DNA from: Candidatus Saccharimonadales bacterium
Lineage (GTDB): Bacteria; Patescibacteriota; Saccharimonadia; Saccharimonadales; UBA4665
NCBI GenBank assembly: GCA_050730855.1
Contig: JBOHNU010000002.1
Span: 23,820-87,819, forward strand
DNA length: 64,000 bases
Direction of reading: 5' to 3'
The notes under the pieces: model-generated
The model's input: only the letters and a program-made list of their open reading frames with translations
Told to the model about the DNA's origin: nothing
Databases searched by the model: none
Shown here: positions 1 to 6,885 of the stretch, piece after piece
Layout of the letters: every line of letters starts with the position of its first letter
How positions within the stretch are numbered: the first letter of the stretch is position 1
Made by a program: the position numbers and the translations under genes

Positions 1-554
1 CAATGGCAGAAATCATAGGGAACGCCCGGCGAGAGCGCAAGATACTGGTCTTCGGCTCGGCTAAGATCAAGCCTCTCGCCATTTAAAAAAGCACCGCCAA
101 GCTCTTTATCGGCATAGAAAAGTTCGTCTCTGAAAGGGTTGTATACAACTGAAAGCTGAGGTTCTCCATCTTTAAAAAGCGCAATGGCAACACAGCTTGT
201 TCGTTCATGATCTAATAGCGAATCGTCAATGTATTCACCCGTACCATCAACGGGATCGATGATCCATTCTTCTTCGCTACCCGCTACTTTATGAGAAGAC
301 TCTTCGCCCGTCACCGACGCACGTCCTTCAGATAGCACAGCTACTTTCTGCTCGAAGTCTTTATTGACTGCTATATCAACATCTGTCACGTCGGTTCGAT
401 CTAGCTTTTTGGTTTTGATAAGATTATTACGCCGATTTTTTATGTAGTGGCCTGCGCTGACTGCGTAGGAAAGCGCGAATTGGAGATTTGCGCTAATAGG
501 ATACTCTTCTTTGTTCTCTAGGGAGCCTCTGGGTGGTAGGTCGGGGGTTTTCAT
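1..554 (-). CDS. inositol monophosphatase / FBPase-family phosphatase, N-terminal part (runs off the window start)
   Basis: Absent from the ORF track because it is open at the window edge. My own translation of the minus strand from the ATG at 554-552 gives MKTPDLPPRGSLENKEEYPISANLQFALSYAVSAGHYIKNRRNN...GSEEEWIIDPVDGTGEYIDDSLLDHERTS. WxIDPxDGT is the IMPase-family metal-binding motif. AGGA lies 5 nt upstream of the ATG. Confidence 0.7.
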   Translation of the reverse strand, partial: MKTPDLPPRGSLENKEEYPISANLQFALSYAVSAGHYIKNRRNNLIKTKKLDRTDVTDVDIAVNKDFEQKVAVLSEGRASVTGEESSHKVAGSEEEWIIDPVDGTGEYIDDSLLDHERTSCVAIALFKDGEPQLSVVYNPFRDELFYADKELGGAFLNGERLDLSRAEDQYLALSPGVPYDFCH

Positions 555-702
555 AGTTATCCTCTCGGTGTAAAAACAATTCGTAAATAATAGTAACAGA
601 TTAGGTTACCTAAATAATAAAGATGATTCAAGTCCTACATGTCATAATGGTATACTCTTGGTTATTAGCTTTCGTATGTTTTGGGATGCCATCGTAATAC
701 AT

Positions 703-1563
703 CTACGGGTGCCTTGGGGTGGTGACCAAGAAAATACCCCGATGGTTAGTACTAATAATGTAGGGCGTTCCGTAGCGACGCTCGTAGTCGTCAAGCTGCC
801 AGGCAAAGAACGCCAGTGTTTTGTCAATGGCCGACCAGTCCTGAGTAAATCGAACATGCTCTTCGTTAGAGCGGCCATCAATTCTACGCATGGCGTTACG
901 GTTTACTAAGTTTTTTACGTGCGGATCGGTTGTAACAAGCTCATCTGGCAGTAACACGGAGTAACGGGCGACAGGGCAGCCCATACTGTTTTTGTTTTGC
1001 ATATTCGACCTAAGGCCACGGATCGCGGCTCGGCTAAGACTGGCTGTTGCGTATGTTAAATTTTCAGAAGGCTCAAGCTGCTCACTGTAATTAAATAATG
1101 GGTCGTCCGCCTTTAGGGCGTCTACACTTTTTAGTCTTTCGACTATTTTATTTCCGGTGTAGTGACCTAAGTGGCTGCCTAATGTGCCGTAAGTCCCGTT
1201 CGGAGCAAGTGCCATCATATGAGATAACCTGCTAAACCAACCAGTGCCGATTATATTCGCCCAGTCTTGTAGCGTAAAATTATTTCTTTGTTCCGGGGTT
1301 AACTTGCCTTGTTCAATAAAGAAATCAGTAATTTCACTGGCAAGTAAGGCTGCGAAATGCCAAGGGAAATCCAGGTCAGCAAAACCATGTTCGAAAGTTC
1401 GTCCTCTCGCTCGATCTAGGTCGGTATTTGTAACTCCATAGTGTTTACGAAAGGTCTCTCCCCTTTCAGGAAGCGCTGATGTAAATTGTTGCATCACGTG
1501 CATCATACAAGCACCAGCAGGATTTTCCTCTACTGTTTTGTAGTTGGCACTTTCGGGTTGCAT
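703..1563 (-). CDS. hypothetical protein, 286 aa, no family recognised
   Basis: Longest ORF in a visibly AT-rich stretch. No TM segments. The only motif noticed is a possible HEPN-like Rx4H (RSNEEH) near the C-terminus. Confidence 0.5.
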   Translation of the reverse strand: MQPESANYKTVEENPAGACMMHVMQQFTSALPERGETFRKHYGVTNTDLDRARGRTFEHGFADLDFPWHFAALLASEITDFFIEQGKLTPEQRNNFTLQDWANIIGTGWFSRLSHMMALAPNGTYGTLGSHLGHYTGNKIVERLKSVDALKADDPLFNYSEQLEPSENLTYATASLSRAAIRGLRSNMQNKNSMGCPVARYSVLLPDELVTTDPHVKNLVNRNAMRRIDGRSNEEHVRFTQDWSAIDKTLAFFAWQLDDYERRYGTPYIISTNHRGIFLVTTPRHP

Positions 1564-1582
1564 GTAAATATCAATCTTTCGT

Positions 1583-1738
1583 CTAGCTTAGTGGGGGGTG
1601 TTTCTCAATTTCTGCTAGCAACAGATCATTGACATCTGTGTAAAGAGCAAAGCCAGAAGTGCGCTGGAACTCCTGACGAGTACTGATTTCGTGGTTACTG
1701 CTCACATGAGTCCTAAAATTAGAAAGGTATTGTAACAT
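1583..1738 (-). CDS. possible small ORF (51 codons from internal Met of track ORF 1583..1804)
   Basis: ATG at 1738-1736 gives MLQYLSNFRTHVSSNHEISTRQEFQRTSGFALYTDVNDLLLAEIEKHPPLS and ends 20 nt before the start of 703..1563. No clear SD. The longer track ORF reads through hairpin element A and is unlikely to be real. Confidence 0.2.
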   Translation of the reverse strand: MLQYLSNFRTHVSSNHEISTRQEFQRTSGFALYTDVNDLLLAEIEKHPPLS

Positions 1739-1759
1739 AAAATATATAAAAAACCACAC

Positions 1760-1835
1760 TGCCTGACCCACCCTCACTTTTTCCGGCACCTCGGCGACCC
1801 GCACGTGTCCTGAAAAAGTGAGGGTGGGTCAGGCA
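1760..1835 (+). repeat. family-1 hairpin element, copy A (minimal form without apical hairpin)
   Basis: Perfect 22-bp inverted repeat: gcctgacccaccctcacttttt (1761-1782) against aaaaagtgagggtgggtcaggc (1813-1834). It encloses the conserved blocks GGCACCTCGG (1785-1794) and GACCCGCACGTGTCC (1796-1810). Confidence 0.85.
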
Positions 1836-1892
1836 CATTGCTGTGATTGAAATTATTCGGTTTGGGCGACTCGCGAGGCTGGGATGACAAAG

Positions 1893-2705
1893 CTAGTAAG
1901 TGGGGGCGGCGGGGAGGTCGAAGAACTCTTCTGGCGTATGTAGGCCGGTGCGATGCATTTCTGCGGCTAAGTCGATGCCGACGTAGCGGAGGTGCCAGGG
2001 TTCGTATACGTAGCCGGTGATGTCGGTTTTGTCCTGGGCATAGCGGATGACAAAGCCGTATTTGTGAGCATTGGCGGCCAGCCACTGGCCTTCCGGTGTG
2101 TCGGCAAAACAGGCTTCTATTTCGCATTCGCCGCTGGCGCCCACGAGGTCGGCAGCCCAGCCGGTTTGGTGTTCGCTGTGGCCGGGGCGGGCGCTTTCTT
2201 GGTCGGCGATTGTCTGGCCAAAGCCGCGTACTTCGCTGTCGTAAATGATCTTCTGCGTGTCGTAGGAGCGGTAGCCGCTTACTAATATAAACTGATAGCC
2301 CGATTCATGCGCGGCTTCGTCCAATGTTTCAAGCGCTCTGGCAGCCGCCTCATGCAATTGCATGGACTCGGCGTTTTCGCCACCCTTCAGCTTCATAGCC
2401 GGAGCACGCATTACAGCCGGAGTGTAATTTTTAGGCGACAACGGGCGTTGTTTATTAACGACAACCCAGGAGCTGGCCGGATCGTCTAATGAGAACTGTG
2501 TTTTGTCAAACTGCTGCGCGGCTTCCGGTGCGGGCAGGTTGCCGATTTTTTTGTACCAGCCGTCCAGATACCAAAACAGACTGCCCAGCGCCAGCAGGCC
2601 GATGACGATGCCTGCTAGAAGCCAGGCGACGTGCCTACGTTCGGATGTTCCTGGCAGACTGTCCTGCAAGGTTGCGGGGCGGCGATAGGGTCTTTGAGAG
2701 GGCAT
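1893..2705 (-). CDS. D-alanyl-D-alanine carboxypeptidase, VanY / peptidase M15B family, N-terminal TM anchor
   Basis: Motifs SGYRSYDTQ, SEHQTGWAADL and EPWHLRYVG are typical of the M15B zinc peptidase family. TM helix VAWLLAGIVIGLLALGSLFWYL. Confidence 0.85.
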   Translation of the reverse strand: MPSQRPYRRPATLQDSLPGTSERRHVAWLLAGIVIGLLALGSLFWYLDGWYKKIGNLPAPEAAQQFDKTQFSLDDPASSWVVVNKQRPLSPKNYTPAVMRAPAMKLKGGENAESMQLHEAAARALETLDEAAHESGYQFILVSGYRSYDTQKIIYDSEVRGFGQTIADQESARPGHSEHQTGWAADLVGASGECEIEACFADTPEGQWLAANAHKYGFVIRYAQDKTDITGYVYEPWHLRYVGIDLAAEMHRTGLHTPEEFFDLPAAPTY

Positions 2706-4033
2706 TATTTGGCTCCTTTTAACAGGTCGATGGTAAGCGCGGCGGTCCAGCTAAAGTTGGGCGCGCCAAGCGGCTGGCCGGTTACCGGGTTGAAGTATTC
2801 GTAAAAGCCGTGTTGGTCGGCCAGCTCCAGTGTCGCTTCGGCGAGTGCTTCGGCGTGCTCTTTGTAGCCGTAACGCTTTAAACCGTCGATTATCAGCCAG
2901 TTAGTGTTAAACCACGTTGGCCCCTGCCAGTAGCGTATTTGGTTAAACCACGGGGAGTTAAGCGGCACGCTTGGCACCGGATGAGCGGGGCCGAAGCCGT
3001 GCTCGTTTTCTAGCATCTTAACAATTAGTTTGGCGCGCTCTTTGCTGATACATCCCGCGTACAGCGGCAGCAGCGCGGCGATGCTCGGCTCTTTGAGCAG
3101 CCGGTGCGTCACAAAATCGCGCGAGTAATACATTTCGGTGTAGGGATCCCACAATTCCTCTAGTTTTTTGCGAGAGAGTTTGATTTTTTGCAGCAGCTCC
3201 TTGGGCATCTCGGCACGCAGCGTTTTGGCGATTTCCAGCAGGTGCTCGTTGGCGCGGATAAAAATACAGTTGAAGGCCAGGTCTTCGACGGCAAACAGCG
3301 AGCGGTTGAGGATGCGGTGGATGTTGTACTCCTTGCGGCGCAAGCGGCGCTGGGCGTCGTACAGCGCCATGGCGTCGATATTGGTCGGACGCTGTGCGGC
3401 CGGAACGTAGCGAGTATCGGTGCGGAATAAGCTTAGCAGCGATGCAAGGCGTGTGGCGCGTAAAAATCGGATCCACCACGGCAACAGGTGGTTGGCCATT
3501 TCGTCCATCCAGGGCGGTGTGTTGTCTAGGCCGGTTTCCCAGGGGTGGATTTGCAGTACCAGACTTTCGCCGTGTGGGTCGCGTTCGCTATACAGCCACA
3601 GGTGGTAATCGAGCAATCCGGGCCAAACCTGGCGGTACCAGCTGCGGCGCTCCACCGTGCTCAGCTTTTGGCCGATCCGCACGATTGCCTCGGCCAGCAT
3701 CGGCGGTTGCGTAATGCCGCTGGTCAGTACATCCTCCGGCGAGTAGGGGCTAACCCAACTGCGCCACACCCCCGTATGGCGGCGCTCCTTTTTGCCGGGC
3801 GTCATGATCATATGCGGCACCATGCCGTTAGACCACTGGCCGCGGAACAGGCTGAGAACTTCCAGCTTAGCGCGCTCAATGTCGTAGTGCCGTTGACCGA
3901 TGGCCGTAAAACAGCTATCCCACAGCCACTGGTGTTGGTAAAGCCCCTTGGCCGGGATGGTATACACGCCGCGGTCGTTACGATCCAGAACTTCTTTGGC
4001 ACGTTCGAACAAGGCGGCATTGGAGTTGCTCAT
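2705..4033 (-). CDS. (alpha/alpha)6-barrel glycoside hydrolase, GH63 / mannosyl- or glucosylglycerate hydrolase-like
   Basis: 442 aa. N-terminal YQHQWLWDSCF and later PWETGLDN and W.GP.W.N.NW motifs resemble the MGH1/GH63-like family. Overlaps the downstream gene by 1 nt. Confidence 0.7.
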   Translation of the reverse strand: MSNSNAALFERAKEVLDRNDRGVYTIPAKGLYQHQWLWDSCFTAIGQRHYDIERAKLEVLSLFRGQWSNGMVPHMIMTPGKKERRHTGVWRSWVSPYSPEDVLTSGITQPPMLAEAIVRIGQKLSTVERRSWYRQVWPGLLDYHLWLYSERDPHGESLVLQIHPWETGLDNTPPWMDEMANHLLPWWIRFLRATRLASLLSLFRTDTRYVPAAQRPTNIDAMALYDAQRRLRRKEYNIHRILNRSLFAVEDLAFNCIFIRANEHLLEIAKTLRAEMPKELLQKIKLSRKKLEELWDPYTEMYYSRDFVTHRLLKEPSIAALLPLYAGCISKERAKLIVKMLENEHGFGPAHPVPSVPLNSPWFNQIRYWQGPTWFNTNWLIIDGLKRYGYKEHAEALAEATLELADQHGFYEYFNPVTGQPLGAPNFSWTAALTIDLLKGAK

Positions 4034-4089
4034 GCTTTTAGTATATAGGATTTCTGAACTGGCGAGGCGCTACTTTGGAAGTTTGAGCG

Positions 4090-4126
4090 GCACCCCCGTA
4101 GCCTTGGCCGCCAAGGCTACGGGTGC
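4090..4126. other. strong stem-loop in the pheS / glycosidase divergent intergenic region
   Basis: gcacccccgtagccttgg ccg ccaaggctacgggtgc forms a stem of about 16 bp with a 2-nt bulge and a 3-nt loop. Neither flanking gene ends here, so it is not positioned as a terminator. Confidence 0.6.
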
Positions 4127-4341
4127 TTGCAGAAGCTGCCGCATTTACCCCCACCTCTTGCTTGCTAAGGTCAGTCTTGCAGAACCTCCAGTATTTCTTC
4201 GTTTGTGACTGTTTTTGTAGCGCGCATAATACCCTCCATTATATATTGTTCCGAATTACTTGTACCGTCAAACATAAGGCAGGCCGCCTCGGAAGTCAAG
4301 CATTTTTGCGCACCCCCTGGTCTGTTATAATCAGCAGTAAT

Positions 4342-5397
4342 ATGGACTATCAGAATGCTCGCATTGCTCAGGTTGCGTCGGTGCTGAAGACGCGGTTTGC
4401 CGAGCTGGAGGCCAAGGCCGACATTTTAAAAGCGGCCGAGTTAAAAGCGTTGTTTGCGGAAATCCCTACGTTGCCCAAGACGGAGCGCGCCGCGTTTGGC
4501 AAGGAGATTAATCAGTTGCGCCAGGAGTTGGAGCAGTTGGCAGCCGAGCACCAGGATCAGGCCGAGGCGTTGCCGCCGATTGATGTAACCGCGCCGTTTG
4601 ACGTAAACACGCCGTCCGGCAGGCGCCCAAGGCTGCTCACCGCCGACCAAGGCAGCAATCATCCGCTGCTGGCCGAAATCGAAACTATCAGCGACATCTT
4701 TCTTCGCATGGGCTTTTTAGTGGAGGAGTCGCGCCAGCTCGATGACGAATACCACATGTTCACCAGCCTAAACTTCCCCGAAGGCCACCCGGCGCGCGAC
4801 GATTACGACACCTTTATGACGGTAGAAAAAGACAAAAACGGCCACCCCTTTGTCGCGCCCGCCCACACCAGTACCATGCAAAACCGCCTGCTTAAAAAGT
4901 ACAAGGATAATCTGGACGAAGGCAAGCCCATCGCCGTTTTGGTGCCCGACCGCGTGTTTCGCAACGAAGACCTCGACGCCCGCCACGAGCACACGTTTTA
5001 CCAGTTCGAAGGTATGTACGTCGGAAAAGGTATACATGCCGGCCATTTGATGGCAACGCTTAAGACTTTCCTGCAAGAATATTTCAAACAAGAGATAGAG
5101 ATTAAAACGCAGCCGTTCTATTTCCCATTTACCGAGCCGTCGTTTGAGATAAACATATCCTGCCCGTTTTGCCAGAAAAAAGGCTGCAAGGTTTGTGGTC
5201 ATGTTGGCTGGATCGAGCTGCTCGGCTGCGGCATGATCCATCCGAATGTGTTCCAAATGGCCGGCATCGACCCCTCAGAATATACCGGCTATGCCTGGGG
5301 CGCCGGCATTGAGCGCTTGGTAATGATGAAATACAACATCGAAGACGTCCGCCATTTCGAAAGCGGCAAACTAGATTTCTTAAGGCAGTTCGCATGA
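4342..5397 (+). CDS. pheS: phenylalanine--tRNA ligase alpha subunit
   Basis: Class II aaRS PheS motifs (FPEGHPARD, RVFRNE, GAGIERLVM). Start moved to ATG 4342 (MDYQNARIAQ), which gives the usual length of about 351 aa. TATAAT lies at 4326-4331. Confidence 0.95.
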   Translation: MDYQNARIAQVASVLKTRFAELEAKADILKAAELKALFAEIPTLPKTERAAFGKEINQLRQELEQLAAEHQDQAEALPPIDVTAPFDVNTPSGRRPRLLTADQGSNHPLLAEIETISDIFLRMGFLVEESRQLDDEYHMFTSLNFPEGHPARDDYDTFMTVEKDKNGHPFVAPAHTSTMQNRLLKKYKDNLDEGKPIAVLVPDRVFRNEDLDARHEHTFYQFEGMYVGKGIHAGHLMATLKTFLQEYFKQEIEIKTQPFYFPFTEPSFEINISCPFCQKKGCKVCGHVGWIELLGCGMIHPNVFQMAGIDPSEYTGYAWGAGIERLVMMKYNIEDVRHFESGKLDFLRQFA

Positions 5398-5738
5398 AAC
5401 AAATAGATAAGATTTCCCTGACCCATATGCAGCGCAAAGCACTAGTTATAGCCAATAGTTATGATGGCATTAACCGACTCGCCGGCCGAAAAACCTGGGA
5501 TTTAAATGACTACATGGACGGGTTAGTCGGCGATATAGGCGATCTCATGAAAGCACTAATGGCAGTGCGGAACCGCAGAAAAATGTCCGAGGCGGAGAAG
5601 AAAGTCGAGCATGAACTGGCGGACGTAATGTTTTCGATTTTACTGTTGTATAAGTTTTTTCAGCTTGATCCGGCCGAGTCGTTTATGAAGCAAATGGCCG
5701 TGCTTGAAGAGAGATTATCCAGTGAGGCTAAGCAATGA
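5394..5738 (+). CDS. MazG-like nucleotide pyrophosphohydrolase family protein
   Basis: 114 aa all-helical protein with GDIGDLMKAL and EHELADVMFSILLL, the ExxE/ELAD pattern of MazG-type NTP-PPases. ATGA overlap with pheS. Confidence 0.55.
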   Translation: MKQIDKISLTHMQRKALVIANSYDGINRLAGRKTWDLNDYMDGLVGDIGDLMKALMAVRNRRKMSEAEKKVEHELADVMFSILLLYKFFQLDPAESFMKQMAVLEERLSSEAKQ

Positions 5739-6181
5739 GTCAACAGACATTGTTCGACAAAATAGTGGGCGGCGAAATCCCTAGCTGTAAAGTCTGGGAG
5801 GATGACAAGTATCTGGCGTTTCTGACGCCGTGGCCCAACACGCCCGGCTTCACCGTGGTGGTGCCTAAGCAAAACCCCGGAGACAACTACCTGGATGTTT
5901 CCGACGACGCTTACACCGGCCTGCTTCTGGCCGCCAAAAAGGTCGCGGCCGTATTGCGCAAGGCTTTCGGGGTGCAGCGTATAGGCCTGGTAATAGAGGG
6001 TCAAGCAGTGCCGCACCTCCACGTAAAGCTAATTCCCATGCATGGCGAGGGCGGCAAGCACAAACATGCGCCGCAGTTTACGCGCGAATACCAAGGCTAT
6101 CTAACCACCACCGAAGGTCCCAAAATGAGCGACGAAGAACTCCAAAAGATTCAGAAAAAAATTCAACAGGCCGCGGCATGA
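5735..6181 (+). CDS. HIT-family nucleotide hydrolase/transferase
   Basis: LFDKIVGGEIP N-terminus and the histidine triad VPHLHVKLIP. ATGA overlap with the upstream gene. Confidence 0.85.
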   Translation: MSQQTLFDKIVGGEIPSCKVWEDDKYLAFLTPWPNTPGFTVVVPKQNPGDNYLDVSDDAYTGLLLAAKKVAAVLRKAFGVQRIGLVIEGQAVPHLHVKLIPMHGEGGKHKHAPQFTREYQGYLTTTEGPKMSDEELQKIQKKIQQAAA

Positions 6182-6885
6182 AGAAAAAACCAATAATCTA
6201 CGCCTTCATCGACAGCCAAAACCTCAACTTGGCTATCCGCGACATGGGGTGGAAGCTGGATTTTGCCCGTTTTCGCGTGTATCTGCGCGAGAAATTGCAG
6301 GTAGAAAAAGCCTACCTTTTCCTTGGATACATCCCGGAGAATAAAGATATGTATTCCTTTTTGAGAAAGGCGGGTTTTGATTGCATTTTTCGTCCGACTT
6401 TGGCCTACAAAGACGGCACTACCAAAGGCAATTGTGATGCCGAGCTGGTTTTGCAGGCGATGATAGATTTTAATGTCTACGATCAGGCAGTGGTAGTAAC
6501 CGGCGATGGCGATTTTTACTGCCTGGCAAATCACCTGATTAAAAACAATAAATTAAAGACCCTGCTTGTGCCCAATCGCCATAAGTACTCGGCTTTGCTT
6601 AAATTAAAATTGTTCCGACCTTTTACGCGCGATATGAATGACCTACGTAAGAAATTGGAATATTTGAGCCCAAAAAAGAAGAACCCCCTCAAGGACGAAA
6701 CTTTGAAGGGGACATCTTCCGCTGGTGATACTAAGAGAATTTTAGCAAATGAACGACCACGAGTCAAGATAGGCAACAAAAAGACCAGGAGCAGCGGTCG
6801 GATCACATCCTTAGGTCAGCCTGGTCATGGTGATATAAAAAGTACAACAAAACGTTCGCCCAAGATTAAGAGGCCTAAATTATGA
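6178..6885 (+). CDS. NYN-domain (LabA-like) putative ribonuclease with Lys/Arg-rich C-terminal tail
   Basis: IDSQNL...NCDAELVLQAM...VVVTGDGDF is the NYN/LabA signature. The last 80 or so residues are highly basic. The gene is clearly AT-rich relative to its neighbours. Confidence 0.7.
   Translation: MKKKPIIYAFIDSQNLNLAIRDMGWKLDFARFRVYLREKLQVEKAYLFLGYIPENKDMYSFLRKAGFDCIFRPTLAYKDGTTKGNCDAELVLQAMIDFNVYDQAVVVTGDGDFYCLANHLIKNNKLKTLLVPNRHKYSALLKLKLFRPFTRDMNDLRKKLEYLSPKKKNPLKDETLKGTSSAGDTKRILANERPRVKIGNKKTRSSGRITSLGQPGHGDIKSTTKRSPKIKRPKL

Noticed and set aside
1583-2127. Track ORFs 1583..1804 and 1774..2127 crossing hairpin element A.
   Set aside because: Both read through the palindromic repeat. 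1774..2127 also overlaps the 3-prime end of the VanY-like gene in another frame with Arg/Pro-rich composition. Only the internal 51-codon part of 1583..1804 was kept, as a low-confidence possibility.
4282-4320. GGCCGCCTCGGAAGTC...CGCACCCCCTGG, which resembles a fifth, decayed family-1 core.
   Set aside because: Only about 9 contiguous nt match (CCTCGGAAG), there are no flanking inverted repeats, and the second block is poorly matched. I cannot distinguish this from chance without a covariance-model score.
4034-4341. T-box or other riboswitch leader upstream of pheS, and likewise upstream of tyrS at 62155-62231.
   Set aside because: I saw no conserved T-box sequence (AGGGTGGNACCGCG-like) and no specifier/antiterminator arrangement. 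The tyrS upstream region is only about 77 nt, with a -10 box 6 nt from the ATG.
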